From: Nitrospirota bacterium
GTDB taxonomy: Bacteria; Nitrospirota; UBA9217
Reading direction: 5' to 3'
Assembly (NCBI GenBank): GCA_963737155.1
Contig: CAVTRN010000002.1
Span: 2,176,001 to 2,240,000 of the forward strand
DNA: 64,000 nucleotides
The notes beneath the pieces are model-generated. The model did no database searches, had not been told where the DNA came from, and saw only the letters and a list, made by a program, of their open reading frames with translations. Positions 40,578 to 51,133 of this stretch are shown here, piece after piece (position 1 is the first letter of the stretch; each line of letters starts with the position of its first letter). The position numbers and the translations under genes were made by a program.

Positions 40578-42473
40578 TCACAAGTGCACCTCAACGGCCG
40601 GGAAAAACAAGTGGAATACTGTCCCTTTGCCAATGTCTGATTCAATGGTAATCAGGCCACCATGCCTTTTCATAATCGAGTAGCAGACAGCAAGACCGAG
40701 CCCAAGGCCTTTTTGGCTGTAGGTGTCCTTGGTGGAATAATAGGGGTCAAACACTTTCGCCAGATTTTCCGCGAGAATTCCTGCTCCTGTGTCCCGTATC
40801 GATATATCCAGGTATTTTCCTGCATGCAGAGGCATGCTGTCCTGCTCCGAAACATTTAGATTTTCACCTCTAATCGTAAGAGTGCCTCCTTGCGGCATGG
40901 CTTCCTTTGCATTGATTATAAGATTGTTTATTACCTGCTTCATTTGCCCCTCATCAATGGCAACCGGATAAAGTTCATCCGGCAGATAAAATTGAAAGGC
41001 GATATTCGAATCCTTAAGCAAGGCAGTAACTGTACTTTTGAGCAGTCCTGTTAAGGACATGTCTCTTTTTACCGGATCTCCACCTGTGGCAAATGTCAAC
41101 AGCCTTCTGCTCAGCGCTCCGGCCATACCACAGATTTCTTCAGCCTGGACCAGTCGGCTGACTGCGGTATCGTCCGGCGACAGAGAGGCTTTTGCGATTT
41201 CAATGTTGCTCAGGATGATGGTGAGCAGGTTGTTGAAATCGTGGGCAATACCGCCAGCAAGGAATCCGATCGATTCGAGCATGTGGCTCTTCAAACGTTC
41301 CTCTTCTGCTTTTTTACGCTCCGTGATATCCTGACGAATTGATATCCACAACGTCCCATGGGCATGGTGTTCAAATGTGGAGATAATATCATAGCACCAA
41401 AAAAGGGTGCCGTCTTTCTTGACATTGAGGACTTCTCCGCTCCACATCCCTTTTTGTTTCAAAAGGGTGCTCTTTTCAAATGCTATTTTTATTGGACTTT
41501 TCTCCGTCCGCGCATTGATCTTAGAAATATTCTCACCAATAAGTTCTCCCCGTGCATATCCGAACATTTCATCCACTTTGGGATTGGCATAGACAATCAC
41601 GCCGTCATTAGCCCGGATGAGAAAAACCCCTTCCGCCATGTTCGCAGCTATCTTTCCGTGAAGCTGGAGTTCCTCTTCAGCGATCTTGCGGTCCGTAATG
41701 TCCAGGGTATACTCTATCATCTGGCGAACATTTTCTTCTTCATCTAAAATCGGGTAGCCGTGAATCTCAAAGAACCGCGGCCGACCCTGTGTGTCATAAT
41801 GGATATGCTCCAACACAACTGGCTTGTGGGTCCTCCTAACCTCGGCAAGCGGGCAGGGATCTCCCCTTTCATAGCATGGTTCCGACGAATTGTGCGTATG
41901 GACATAACAGGCCATTTGACCCGGCAGTCCTTGCCGCGCCGACGCCCGATTGGCTATTTTTATGTCGTAATTAACTGCATCGAGAACATAAAATGGATGA
42001 GGGAGTGAGTCGATGACCAGTCTCAGGAAAGAATTCTGTTGTTTGATCTGTTCTTCCGCTTTTTTCGCCTCGGTAATGTCCTTGATGACGATAACAGCGC
42101 CGACGCACTCCGTGCCCCGGTAAAAGGGTGAGAAGGAAATCTGTGTATGCTTCACCAAGCCGTTTTTTGTTTTTGTTTCCGCTTCTCGGTGAAGGATGGG
42201 TGCTTTTCCCCTCATCACTGTTTTGGGCGGACATAAATCAATGCAGCGTTCTGACGATTCGCAGAATATGTGATAACATTTTTCCCCGAGCGCCTCTGAA
42301 GCGGCATAGCCGGTCAGTTCCTCGGCAGCAGGATTTGAATACTGTATGTTCATGTCGCAGTCAATGACATACACCGCTTCGCTCATACAGTTCAGGATTT
42401 CTTTGTGGGGCAGATCGAATTCCAAAGTGGACACCTCATTCTTGCGGACCGGCAGCGTACTTGCTGCACACAC
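40578..42473 (-). CDS. Cytoplasmic three-PAS sensor histidine kinase
   Basis: Three PAS/PAC repeats, GGIAHDFNN H-box, N/G1/F/G2 boxes; no receiver domain. Confidence 0.9.
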   Translation of the reverse strand: MCAASTLPVRKNEVSTLEFDLPHKEILNCMSEAVYVIDCDMNIQYSNPAAEELTGYAASEALGEKCYHIFCESSERCIDLCPPKTVMRGKAPILHREAETKTKNGLVKHTQISFSPFYRGTECVGAVIVIKDITEAKKAEEQIKQQNSFLRLVIDSLPHPFYVLDAVNYDIKIANRASARQGLPGQMACYVHTHNSSEPCYERGDPCPLAEVRRTHKPVVLEHIHYDTQGRPRFFEIHGYPILDEEENVRQMIEYTLDITDRKIAEEELQLHGKIAANMAEGVFLIRANDGVIVYANPKVDEMFGYARGELIGENISKINARTEKSPIKIAFEKSTLLKQKGMWSGEVLNVKKDGTLFWCYDIISTFEHHAHGTLWISIRQDITERKKAEEERLKSHMLESIGFLAGGIAHDFNNLLTIILSNIEIAKASLSPDDTAVSRLVQAEEICGMAGALSRRLLTFATGGDPVKRDMSLTGLLKSTVTALLKDSNIAFQFYLPDELYPVAIDEGQMKQVINNLIINAKEAMPQGGTLTIRGENLNVSEQDSMPLHAGKYLDISIRDTGAGILAENLAKVFDPYYSTKDTYSQKGLGLGLAVCYSIMKRHGGLITIESDIGKGTVFHLFFPAVEVHL

Positions 42474-42528
42474 TTCCGATTAGGTGTGTGAATAAAATCA
42501 GCCAGGCTTTTCACATCTATTATAACCC

Positions 42529-43026
42529 TTAATGTGCGCAGTCGACAGATTTCTCCATAATAAAATCGTCCATGACAAAACCGCTTCCAATATCCTTTAT
42601 AATGGATCCCAAGTTTTTGAAACCCATCTTTTCATAAGCCTTAATAGAATCCAAATTATTCTTATTCACCGTAAGGGCAATCTTGGTCAATGCTCTTTTT
42701 TTTGCAAACGCTTCGACGAAGTGAACGGCTTTTCTCCCACACCCTCTCCTGCGCTTGGACAACTTTATGTAAATCTTGCTTAGAAATAATTCTCGCTCTT
42801 TTTGCTGTACAGCGATATACCCGACGAATTCATTATCTTCCTTTACCAAAAAATAGATCACACCAGACTCGATCTGCCCCAAGATGGCCTGTTTGGACTG
42901 GAACCGGCTGAGCATATATTCCATCTGCTCTTTACCGATAATGGGGATGTAATGTTCTGTCCAGATCTCTCTGGCCAATGACTCAACAAGTGTCAATTGA
43001 TTTTCAGTCGAGACAAGAAGAAACAT
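42529..43026 (-). CDS. GNAT family N-acetyltransferase
   Basis: LFLSKIYI...RRRGCG, LTVNKNN..SIKAYEKMGF, GFVMDD. Confidence 0.85.
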   Translation of the reverse strand: MFLLVSTENQLTLVESLAREIWTEHYIPIIGKEQMEYMLSRFQSKQAILGQIESGVIYFLVKEDNEFVGYIAVQQKERELFLSKIYIKLSKRRRGCGRKAVHFVEAFAKKRALTKIALTVNKNNLDSIKAYEKMGFKNLGSIIKDIGSGFVMDDFIMEKSVDCAH

Positions 43027-43697
43027 GCTAATCGATTGGATTTCCCGGTAACGGGTCCCCTTTTCCCTTCCGCCAAGCTCTCTTCAATTGGTACCGCGGT
43101 CAGTTATCGCACTTGCCATGCGCTGACGTTCAGTTCTTTTGAGAGATACCTGCGATTTTCGCTCATCTGCGCGATGATCCATGCCCAGGATTCTCCTAGA
43201 AAAGGAAGTCGGAGATTAAATGTGGTTGAGCCATGGCTGGTAATACACTCGATTTTGTCCCGTTTGATAAATTCAAATTCCGTGACAAGACAGACTGCAC
43301 AAGACAGCGAGTGTCGGGAAGCATATGGGAAACGTTTGCACCAAACACCCACCTGTTCATGGTCAAAACCCCGTTTTTTTCTAAGCTCGTAAGCGTGACG
43401 CATGACAAGAGCTAGGAGAGAATGTTTAAGAATACAACCAACCCCGTGTCTTCGTCAAGAGCATAAAAGCAAGCTGCTAGCCGCCTGCGGGTTTTTTAAT
43501 ACTGATCATAGTAGAGGAATGACTACTTTTTACGAAATAAATCTTCTTCTACCCTGCAAAGGTTACAACCAATACACTCCCTTCTGAAATCAATGTTTTC
43601 CCCAATTCCGACCTTATTCGCGGCCCGTACTTTCTTGACTGTATGCGCTCACTACTGTATTATTACTTACAGACTTTTTCTTCCCACAATACTACCG

Positions 43698-44090
43698 ATG
43701 AAAAAGAAATTTCAGGATCTCGAAGTTATAACCGTAAAGGACCTTCATCTTGCGCTCCTCCGCAACGACCCCGAGGAATTGCAGCTCATGTCCATCACTA
43801 TTGCGCTTTCGGACCTCGATTTCAACCTGATACAATCTGTCTGTATCCGGCTATGCTCCAGCGAGGACAGCAAGGTCCGCAGCAATGCGCTCGTTAGTTT
43901 TGGACATCTCGCCCGGCGATTCAGAACCCTGGATGAACGGTCCGTGAAACCGCTGCTGGAGTCTTCCCTTCGAGACCCCGACCAGTACGTTCGTCTCTAT
44001 GCTCAGATGGCCGCCGATGAGATTCATCAATTCCTCCACTGGGAAATCAAAGGACACTTCTACGGGACTGACTTGGCTTCCTTAGAATAA
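43698..44090 (+). CDS. HEAT-repeat-like small helical protein
   Basis: D.KVRSNALVSFGHLAR, L.D.D.YVR..A..AAD pattern; likely start at MKKKF. Confidence 0.6.
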   Translation: MKKKFQDLEVITVKDLHLALLRNDPEELQLMSITIALSDLDFNLIQSVCIRLCSSEDSKVRSNALVSFGHLARRFRTLDERSVKPLLESSLRDPDQYVRLYAQMAADEIHQFLHWEIKGHFYGTDLASLE

Positions 44091-44114
44091 AATCTCTTCC
44101 TTATCCACTCAGTC

Positions 44115-44143
44115 TTGACAGCCAATAACGTTGACGGTATAGT
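44115..44143 (+). promoter_or_regulatory. Near-consensus sigma70 promoter
   Basis: TTGACA-N17-TATAGT. Confidence 0.65.
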
Positions 44144-44331
44144 AAGAACGAAAATAGTTTCGTATTGGCGATATTTGAAGACTTGCAATTATATCAACAA
44201 ACCGTTCTCGGCGTCATGCCCTTTTTCCGGAATCACACTTCAATTGCGTTTACAATAAAGGAGTCTCCCGGACGAGCGGAATGTCAATAAAAAAGCAGGA
44301 CTTATGATCACACCATGGAAAGGCCCAGTCT

Positions 44332-45006
44332 GTGTATTCCTCGATTACACTTCAAACATATCTTGAACGCTATGCCCTCGCGGCCCTAGAAAAACGCGAC
44401 AAATTGGACTTGCTGATCAGAGACCAGATGCACGAACTGGATAGCGCTGCGGGTATAATCCGGTTTAATGACCTTGAATTTCCCGTGCAGGTGTTAGGAA
44501 CAGAATCGGATAATACACTCACCTGGCTCTGGGCGTGGGCGGATGAGCAGACTGAAATTCCGACGGGCCTGATGCAATCGGCCATCCAGTTAAGAAGCTG
44601 GGGGGCAAATGAAGGGCTTGCTGAGTTCACCCTGCCGTCGCTGGACCTATCCAGGGCCGACGGCAACATTATCGCCATGATTAGTGCCGAGGTTTGCAAA
44701 GCCAGCTGTTATTACCGGGACAGCTATGAAGGCGGAGCGGTCCTTCTCCTGCTCTTTGACAAGCTCATAGACAACCAGCCTCCATTTGATCTCGCAAGAT
44801 TACTCCGATGTTCAATGGATCTTTTTTCGCAGTATGATCTTAACCATCGGATTGCGCTTCTCTCCTATTTCCGCTTGATAGGCCTGTCCCCGCTCGAAGA
44901 GAGAAACATGATGAGCTGCGAGCTAGCATCAGGGGAACGGCTAAGTATGGAATTCAATAACTCGGGACGGTTGGTCTTCATGAATGGAGCAGCGTTTGAT
45001 GGGTGA
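44332..45006 (+). CDS. DUF6882-like hypothetical protein
   Basis: VQVLGTES...TWLWAWA motif (recalled family, not searched). Confidence 0.55.
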   Translation: MYSSITLQTYLERYALAALEKRDKLDLLIRDQMHELDSAAGIIRFNDLEFPVQVLGTESDNTLTWLWAWADEQTEIPTGLMQSAIQLRSWGANEGLAEFTLPSLDLSRADGNIIAMISAEVCKASCYYRDSYEGGAVLLLLFDKLIDNQPPFDLARLLRCSMDLFSQYDLNHRIALLSYFRLIGLSPLEERNMMSCELASGERLSMEFNNSGRLVFMNGAAFDG

Positions 45007-45196
45007 TATCATAGTGCCGTTTCGCTCAGATCCTTTCGCGTGGTTAATAATAAAGTAATCATTCAAGCTGATTTAGTGTCATATAGCCGAATAGCGTACC
45101 GAAAAGATACAATTCCGGACAAACCGGAGCGACGTTAAAAACATAGAACACGGCTTTTGGGGTTATTGTTTTCCGTGTTAACAGAAGGAGTCCTGT

Positions 45197-45979
45197 ATGG
45201 GCTGGATTGATAAACTTGAAAGAAAACTCCGGCGGTTTGCCATTCCCAATGTGACGGTTTATCTGATTCTTGGACAGGTGTTGTTTTTTATTTTCGTCCT
45301 TTCCGGTAGATTCATCCTTGATCGCGTCGTGCTCATTCCCGACCGCGTTTTTGCTGGTGAATGGTGGAGGCTGATCACCTTCCTGTTTATCCCGCCGCTG
45401 ACAAACCCGATATTCGCCTTCTTTGCATGGTACCTTTTTTATCTCATGGGCAGCGCTCTAGAAGGGCACTGGGGGGCATTCCGGTATAATCTCTTCCTGC
45501 TCATCGGCTATATCGTTACCGTTGCAGTTACATTCCTTTTTCCCTATTCCTCTGCCACAAATATTTTCATAGGCGGTTCGGTGTTCCTAGCTTTCGCGTA
45601 CCTTTACCCGGATTTTCAGCTCTATATCTTTTTCATCATTCCCGTCAGGATCAAATGGCTGGCGCTGCTCACGTGGCTGGGATACGGCTATGAAATACTG
45701 GTCGGTTTCTGGAGCACTCGCCTGCTCGTGCTGGCATCCATAAGCAATTTCCTTCTGTTTTTCGGCAGAGATATCATCTGGAAAATGAAGACAGGCAATA
45801 GGAAAATGGTATTTCAGTCAAAGCAGTACACTACGTCAAAAGAACCCTTCCACAAATGCGCAGTTTGTGGCATCACCGACATATCGCACCCGCTGATGGA
45901 GTTCCGTTACTGCTCGGACTGTGGCGGACTGGGCTACTGCAAGGACCACATCTTCAACCATCCGCATGTAAAAAAGTAA
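45197..45979 (+). CDS. Rhomboid-like membrane protein with C-terminal zinc finger
   Basis: GEWWRLITFLF, PVRIKWLA; HKCAVCG...FRYCSDC...YCKDH. Confidence 0.7.
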   Translation: MGWIDKLERKLRRFAIPNVTVYLILGQVLFFIFVLSGRFILDRVVLIPDRVFAGEWWRLITFLFIPPLTNPIFAFFAWYLFYLMGSALEGHWGAFRYNLFLLIGYIVTVAVTFLFPYSSATNIFIGGSVFLAFAYLYPDFQLYIFFIIPVRIKWLALLTWLGYGYEILVGFWSTRLLVLASISNFLLFFGRDIIWKMKTGNRKMVFQSKQYTTSKEPFHKCAVCGITDISHPLMEFRYCSDCGGLGYCKDHIFNHPHVKK

Positions 45980-46277
45980 GGTTCAATGTTGTTGGTATTT
46001 ATTCTGCCTGCCCGGGGCGGTTTGGCTGCTGGGCCGTAATGCAATAATCTCATTTTTTGTCCAAAATGAATACTTACAGCATATTTTGCACAGTAAAAAC
46101 ACACAATCATAAATTATTATTACGTCGGAACCAGTTCCAATCGTGTGCATGTCCAAAGAACGAGCACTTCACCACACATGTCCCTGGTCTTTTGGCGTAC
46201 GAAAAAACAGCGTGAGTGATTTAATGGGAGTTAAAAGATCCTTGATTTCCTGATCACTTCGTCTTAAGATAAATCAA

Positions 46278-46589
46278 ATGAGTTTCCCTGATCCAGTTGA
46301 ACTTCCCATTAACGGCATCCTTGACCTCCACACATTCCAGACTTCTGATGTAAAGGATCTATTGCCCTCTTATCTTAATGAATGCAGGCGCCGTGGAATT
46401 CATCAGGTACGCATTATTCATGGAAAAGGCAGTGGGACGCTACGGCATATAGTCAGATTAATTCTCGAAAAAATGCCTTATGTGATATCGTTTAGTACTG
46501 CGGAAGAGAATGCTGGAGGCTGGGGGGCTACGACTGTAATATTGCAGAGCATAACGGGAATAGACATGAAAAAGAAAGAGGCAAGGTGA
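46278..46589 (+). CDS. Smr/MutS2-domain protein
   Basis: LDLHTF, VRIIHGKGSGTLR, GGWGAT. Confidence 0.9.
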   Translation: MSFPDPVELPINGILDLHTFQTSDVKDLLPSYLNECRRRGIHQVRIIHGKGSGTLRHIVRLILEKMPYVISFSTAEENAGGWGATTVILQSITGIDMKKKEAR

Positions 46590-46609
46590 CCTTCCTTGCC
46601 TCTCGATGA

Positions 46610-48097
46610 TTACGTAGTAGTTCTTTTCGGAATCTTCAGCCGCTGGCCAACCCTGAGTCTTTTCCCCGGCCGAAGTTTGTTAGCCTGCATAATTCTTTGT
46701 GCGCTCGTACGGTAGCGAAGCGCAATGCGCGTAAGTGTCTCTCCGCGCCGCACGCGATGCATTACATACTCCACCCTGGGCGGCGACCAAGTCGACATTC
46801 TTTCGATGTTCGCGAGCAGGAGATCTCCTTTTCCAGGAGGTAATCTCAGCGCGTAGACCGCATTCGGAGTGACGGCTTGGCGCAGTTCGGGATTCAATGC
46901 GACCAGGTCCTCCTGCTCGATGCTCAGTTTTTCTGCAATTGTCTTCAATAGAACAGGTTTGTCAATGGTTACTGTTTCACAAGTCTCAGGGCTGTCTATT
47001 TCGTCCAACTTAAAGCCATAGTGCGCGGGGTCTTTCAGAATCATCAGGACGGCGAGGAATCGCGGGAAATACCGCGCGGTTTCTTCCGGAAGGCGTTCGT
47101 AAAAGTCCCAGAAATTATCTAGATAATCTATTTTTTGATCCCTGATCACCCGGGCGACGTTACCCTCACCACAATTGTAGGCTGCGAGAACTGTGGCCCA
47201 GTCCCCGAACATAGAGTGCAATTCCTTGAAATAAGCTATCGCAGCGGCAGTCGACTTCGCTGGATCCAATCGTTCGTCGATCCATTCATTTCTTGTTAGT
47301 CCGTATTTATACCCTGTCGAGGGAATAAACTGCCACAGTCCAAGCGCCCTCGAGCGCGAAAGCGCCCGGACCTTGAATCCACTCTCAATAAGCGGCAGCC
47401 ACGAAAGTTCCTCGGGAATTCCGGCCTCCTTCAGCGCCTTGACTATTTCGGGGCGGTACTTTCCCGATCGTTTATAGGATGCTATAAAAAAGTCGCGTTC
47501 TATGGTCTGGAACGACTGTATTTCTCTTGTCACATGATTATTGATGGTCATCGGAATCGCCGTCGAAGTTCCCTTGACTGATATCTGACGGGCCGCATAC
47601 ATCTCCACGATGCGTTTGGATATCACGAACCGCAAATCTTCTTTTTGTTGTGCAAACCTCGGGTTGTCGGCTGGGACCTTCAGGATAAGAGCGTAGGCCT
47701 GATCAAGGGAATCCAGAGCTTGATCCATATTGCTTTTTCCCCAATACTCCTGTGCCGTCTCAGTCAAATCAAGAGCGGAGTCAAGCAGCGATTGTTCCAC
47801 GTCGCTATTGTCCTTGACAACAGTGGACGCATTATCGACCTGAGGCGACGAATCCTCTTCAGCAGGCGCCGTATCCGTATCCTCCGAATCAGGCTCGTCT
47901 TCGGCTATAATGGCGTGATCGGCTGGTGCTGAAACATTTATGGTTTGCTCAGGTGTGGTTTGCTTAGGAGGCGGCAATTGAGGTGAAACTACGCTGACTG
48001 GATCATTATGAGGAATCGAGGGATGAGTGCAACCGAAAAGAAGAAAGATGGGAAAGAGGGAAATGATGAACAAGTTTGCGAAAGGCGATAGTCTCAT
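46610..48097 (-). CDS. mltD: Membrane-bound lytic transglycosylase with LysM (MltD-like)
   Basis: Lipobox LFGC; IESG, A.GLWQF, LAAYNCG, ET..Y; C-terminal LysM. Confidence 0.85.
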   Translation of the reverse strand: MRLSPFANLFIISLFPIFLLFGCTHPSIPHNDPVSVVSPQLPPPKQTTPEQTINVSAPADHAIIAEDEPDSEDTDTAPAEEDSSPQVDNASTVVKDNSDVEQSLLDSALDLTETAQEYWGKSNMDQALDSLDQAYALILKVPADNPRFAQQKEDLRFVISKRIVEMYAARQISVKGTSTAIPMTINNHVTREIQSFQTIERDFFIASYKRSGKYRPEIVKALKEAGIPEELSWLPLIESGFKVRALSRSRALGLWQFIPSTGYKYGLTRNEWIDERLDPAKSTAAAIAYFKELHSMFGDWATVLAAYNCGEGNVARVIRDQKIDYLDNFWDFYERLPEETARYFPRFLAVLMILKDPAHYGFKLDEIDSPETCETVTIDKPVLLKTIAEKLSIEQEDLVALNPELRQAVTPNAVYALRLPPGKGDLLLANIERMSTWSPPRVEYVMHRVRRGETLTRIALRYRTSAQRIMQANKLRPGKRLRVGQRLKIPKRTTT

Positions 48098-48275
48098 AAT
48101 TAGCCCGATAATAAACTAACATTCATAAAATTGCAAATAAAAATTGACTTAAGGATTATTTTATCAAAAATCATCATACAGGATATCTGCTCCATTGTCA
48201 GGAACCACTCCTGGGAATCGGCATAGTCATCGATCCCGACAATAAGGTGTCCATAATTAAGAATCTTTGCTGACC

Positions 48276-48662
48276 CTACCCTTTCCAAGCAATAAAATCC
48301 ATTTCAATAGCCACATCCTTTGGAAGCCGAGAAACTTCAACAGTAGAACGCGCCGGAGGTTCATTCGGGAAATATTCTCCATAGATCTCGTTCACCGCAG
48401 CAAAATCAGCGATGCTTTTCAGATAAATCGTGGCTTTTGCAACTTTTGACAGGCTGCATCCCGCTGACTGCAGAATGGCTTTCGCATTATCCATGACTAG
48501 CTTTGTCTGAGTTTTGATATCACCTTGGAGGACATCACCGGTCTTAGGATTTATCGGTATCTGACCGGATAGAAATACGAAGCCACCAGCTTCTACCGCT
48601 TGGGAATAAGGACCAATAGCCTGAGGTGCGCCTGCTGTATTAATGATTTTTCTGCCCACCAT
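48276..48662 (-). CDS. ridA: RidA family deaminase
   Basis: APQAIGPYSQA, SGQIP, PPARS.VEV..LP. Confidence 0.92.
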   Translation of the reverse strand: MVGRKIINTAGAPQAIGPYSQAVEAGGFVFLSGQIPINPKTGDVLQGDIKTQTKLVMDNAKAILQSAGCSLSKVAKATIYLKSIADFAAVNEIYGEYFPNEPPARSTVEVSRLPKDVAIEMDFIAWKG

Positions 48663-48909
48663 TACCTCCAGTAATGTTTTATTTTATTAATGTAACATAT
48701 TGATATTAAAAAAATAATCATAATTAATGTAAACCTTAAGCATATACCCTCTAAGAAGTTATGTAGCCGACCTCTTGTTATGAAACATGCTTGATATCCT
48801 GACAAGTAATCTTATTTCAGAAAAGTAACCGTTAATTTTTGATCTGCGGCTTCCTATCAAGAAGAACCAATAATCCTTGCCCTACAAGCCCGTGGCTCTC
48901 TAAGAAGTA

Positions 48910-51066
48910 CTACCCTGTTTTCACTCTTTTCACGTTCAGGACTCCTTTTATTGATTCTATGTTTTTAATTATCTTATTCAGATGCTCCACGTCTTTGATA
49001 TCAATAGTAAAGTTAAGTGTAGCCTGGAGGGCCTCGCCGGTTATCACTTCAGCGTGTGTAATATTGGCCTCCGCAGCGCTGATCGACGAAGATACACTCG
49101 CCAACAGGCCCGGTTTGTCCTCAGTATGGACCGATATTTTTACGGCATGGGCGGCAGTCTGAAGATCGCCCCAAGTGACGTCTATCAGCCGATCCCGGTC
49201 AAAGGTCAGTTCTCCAACGTTCGGGCAGTCAGCCGTGTGAATCGATACGCCTCTTCCCCGGGTTATAAAGCCGATTACTTTATCACCTGGCACAGGATTG
49301 CAGCACTTGGACAGGTGGATTAACATGTTGTCCATGCCGCTGATCTTCATGCCTCCGCCCGACGGTTTTACGGTCTTCGGAGAAGCCTTTTTCGGCAAGG
49401 GTTCTATATGCGATTTGTCAGGCGCAATCTTGTTGGCTACCAGATGGGCGGAAATCTTGCCATATCCGATCGCGGCCAGCAAATCGTCGAGAGTGTTATG
49501 CGACATATCGTTCGCAATTTTCAGAATGTCTTCGGATTTGAAGACCTTGGAAGGACTAAGTTCATGTTTCCGGATGTCCTTTTCAAGGAGTTCCTTGCCG
49601 AGAAGGATGCTCCTTCTACGTTCTTCCGCCTTGAGCCATGCCTTGATCCTGGTCCTTGCTTTTGATGTTTTGACGAACTTGAGCCAGTCCCTGCTCGGCG
49701 TGTGGCCGGCCTGGGTGGTTATTTCTATCTTATCTCCGTTGTGCAGGATGTGCTTTAGCGGCACGATCCTGCCGTTTACCTTGGCGCCAATGCACTGATG
49801 CCCGATGTCAGTATGGACACTATAAGCGAAATCCACGGGTGTAGACCCCTGCGGGAGCTCCTTTACGTCGCCTCTTGGGGTGAATACGTAAACCACCTCA
49901 GGGAAAAGGTCTCCCTTTACTGTCTCCATGAACTCCTTGGCGTCAGGCAAGTCACGCTGCCATTCCAAAAGCTGCCTGAGCCAAGCGAACTGTTGCTCAT
50001 CCCGCTGGCTGATGGCAGAACGCTCCTTGTACCGCCAGTGCGCGGCAATGCCTTCTTCCGCGAGCCGGTGCATCTCTTCTGTGCGTATCTGGAACTCCAC
50101 ACGCTCACCCTTTGGGCCAATGACCGTAGTATGGAGCGATTGATAGAGGTTTGATTTGGGAACGCCGATGAAATCCTTAAAGCGCCCCGGCACCGGGGTC
50201 CAGAGAGAGTGAATGAGGCCGAGGATGGCGTAACAGTTCACCTTGGTATCGGTGACGATGCGAATAGCGATAAGATCGTAAACATCCTCAAAGGCGATCC
50301 CCTGCTTCTGCATTTTCTGCCAGATACCGTAAAAGTGCTTCGGCCGGCCCTTGACCTCGCCTTTGTACCCATGCTCCGCAAGCTGCCGCTTCATGATCTC
50401 AATGAGCTCATTGATATACGACTCCCGTTCGATACGGCGCTGCATGACTTTTTCGGATAACTCAAGGTAGGCCTCGGGATTGAGGTACATGAAGGCAAGA
50501 TCTTCCAGTTCTATCTTTATCTTGGATATGCCGAGCCGGTTGGCAAGGGGCGCGTAGATATCGAGCGTTTCTTGTGCGATGCGCTTTTGCTTGTCCGGGG
50601 ACAGGGACTTGAGGGTCCTCATGTTGTGAAGGCGGTCCGCAAGTTTGATAAGAATGACTCTGATGTCTTTGGCCATGGCCACGATCATCTTTCGGAAATT
50701 ATCGGCCTCTCGCTGCTCCCTGCTCTGGAGCTCCATGCGTGACAGTTTGGTCATCCCCTCCACGAGCATGGCAACCTCATCTCCAAACATGGCTTTGATC
50801 TCTTCCGATTTAGCGGTCGTGTCCTCGATGGTGTCATGCAACAGGCCCGCGGCCACAGTGGCCGCATCTAGCTTGAGGTTTGCCAGGATGGCGGCAACCT
50901 CGATGGGATGGATCAAATAGGATTCCCCTGACAGACGCGTCTGTCCTTGGTGCGCCCTGGCGGAAAAGATATAGGCCCTCCGCAACATATCGACATCCGC
51001 GTCGGGATTATAGCCCTGGATCCGTTCAACAATATCTTCGAGACGAACTGCAGGCATTGATGCCAC
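48910..51066 (-). CDS. relA: Bifunctional (p)ppGpp synthetase/hydrolase (Rel)
   Basis: HDTIEDT hydrolase, RFKD synthetase, YQSLHT, TGS, CCNP and ACT domains. Confidence 0.95.
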   Translation of the reverse strand: MASMPAVRLEDIVERIQGYNPDADVDMLRRAYIFSARAHQGQTRLSGESYLIHPIEVAAILANLKLDAATVAAGLLHDTIEDTTAKSEEIKAMFGDEVAMLVEGMTKLSRMELQSREQREADNFRKMIVAMAKDIRVILIKLADRLHNMRTLKSLSPDKQKRIAQETLDIYAPLANRLGISKIKIELEDLAFMYLNPEAYLELSEKVMQRRIERESYINELIEIMKRQLAEHGYKGEVKGRPKHFYGIWQKMQKQGIAFEDVYDLIAIRIVTDTKVNCYAILGLIHSLWTPVPGRFKDFIGVPKSNLYQSLHTTVIGPKGERVEFQIRTEEMHRLAEEGIAAHWRYKERSAISQRDEQQFAWLRQLLEWQRDLPDAKEFMETVKGDLFPEVVYVFTPRGDVKELPQGSTPVDFAYSVHTDIGHQCIGAKVNGRIVPLKHILHNGDKIEITTQAGHTPSRDWLKFVKTSKARTRIKAWLKAEERRRSILLGKELLEKDIRKHELSPSKVFKSEDILKIANDMSHNTLDDLLAAIGYGKISAHLVANKIAPDKSHIEPLPKKASPKTVKPSGGGMKISGMDNMLIHLSKCCNPVPGDKVIGFITRGRGVSIHTADCPNVGELTFDRDRLIDVTWGDLQTAAHAVKISVHTEDKPGLLASVSSSISAAEANITHAEVITGEALQATLNFTIDIKDVEHLNKIIKNIESIKGVLNVKRVKTG

Positions 51067-51133
51067 CTCATGATGCAGTTATCAACGCCGGGATCCTTCC
51101 CGACCCCGGCATAGGGAAACAGATGATTAGAAG

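Noticed and set aside
42997-43590. Short overlapping ORFs between the GNAT and HEAT-like genes
   Set aside because: No recognisable motif or RBS; none can be chosen as a real gene.
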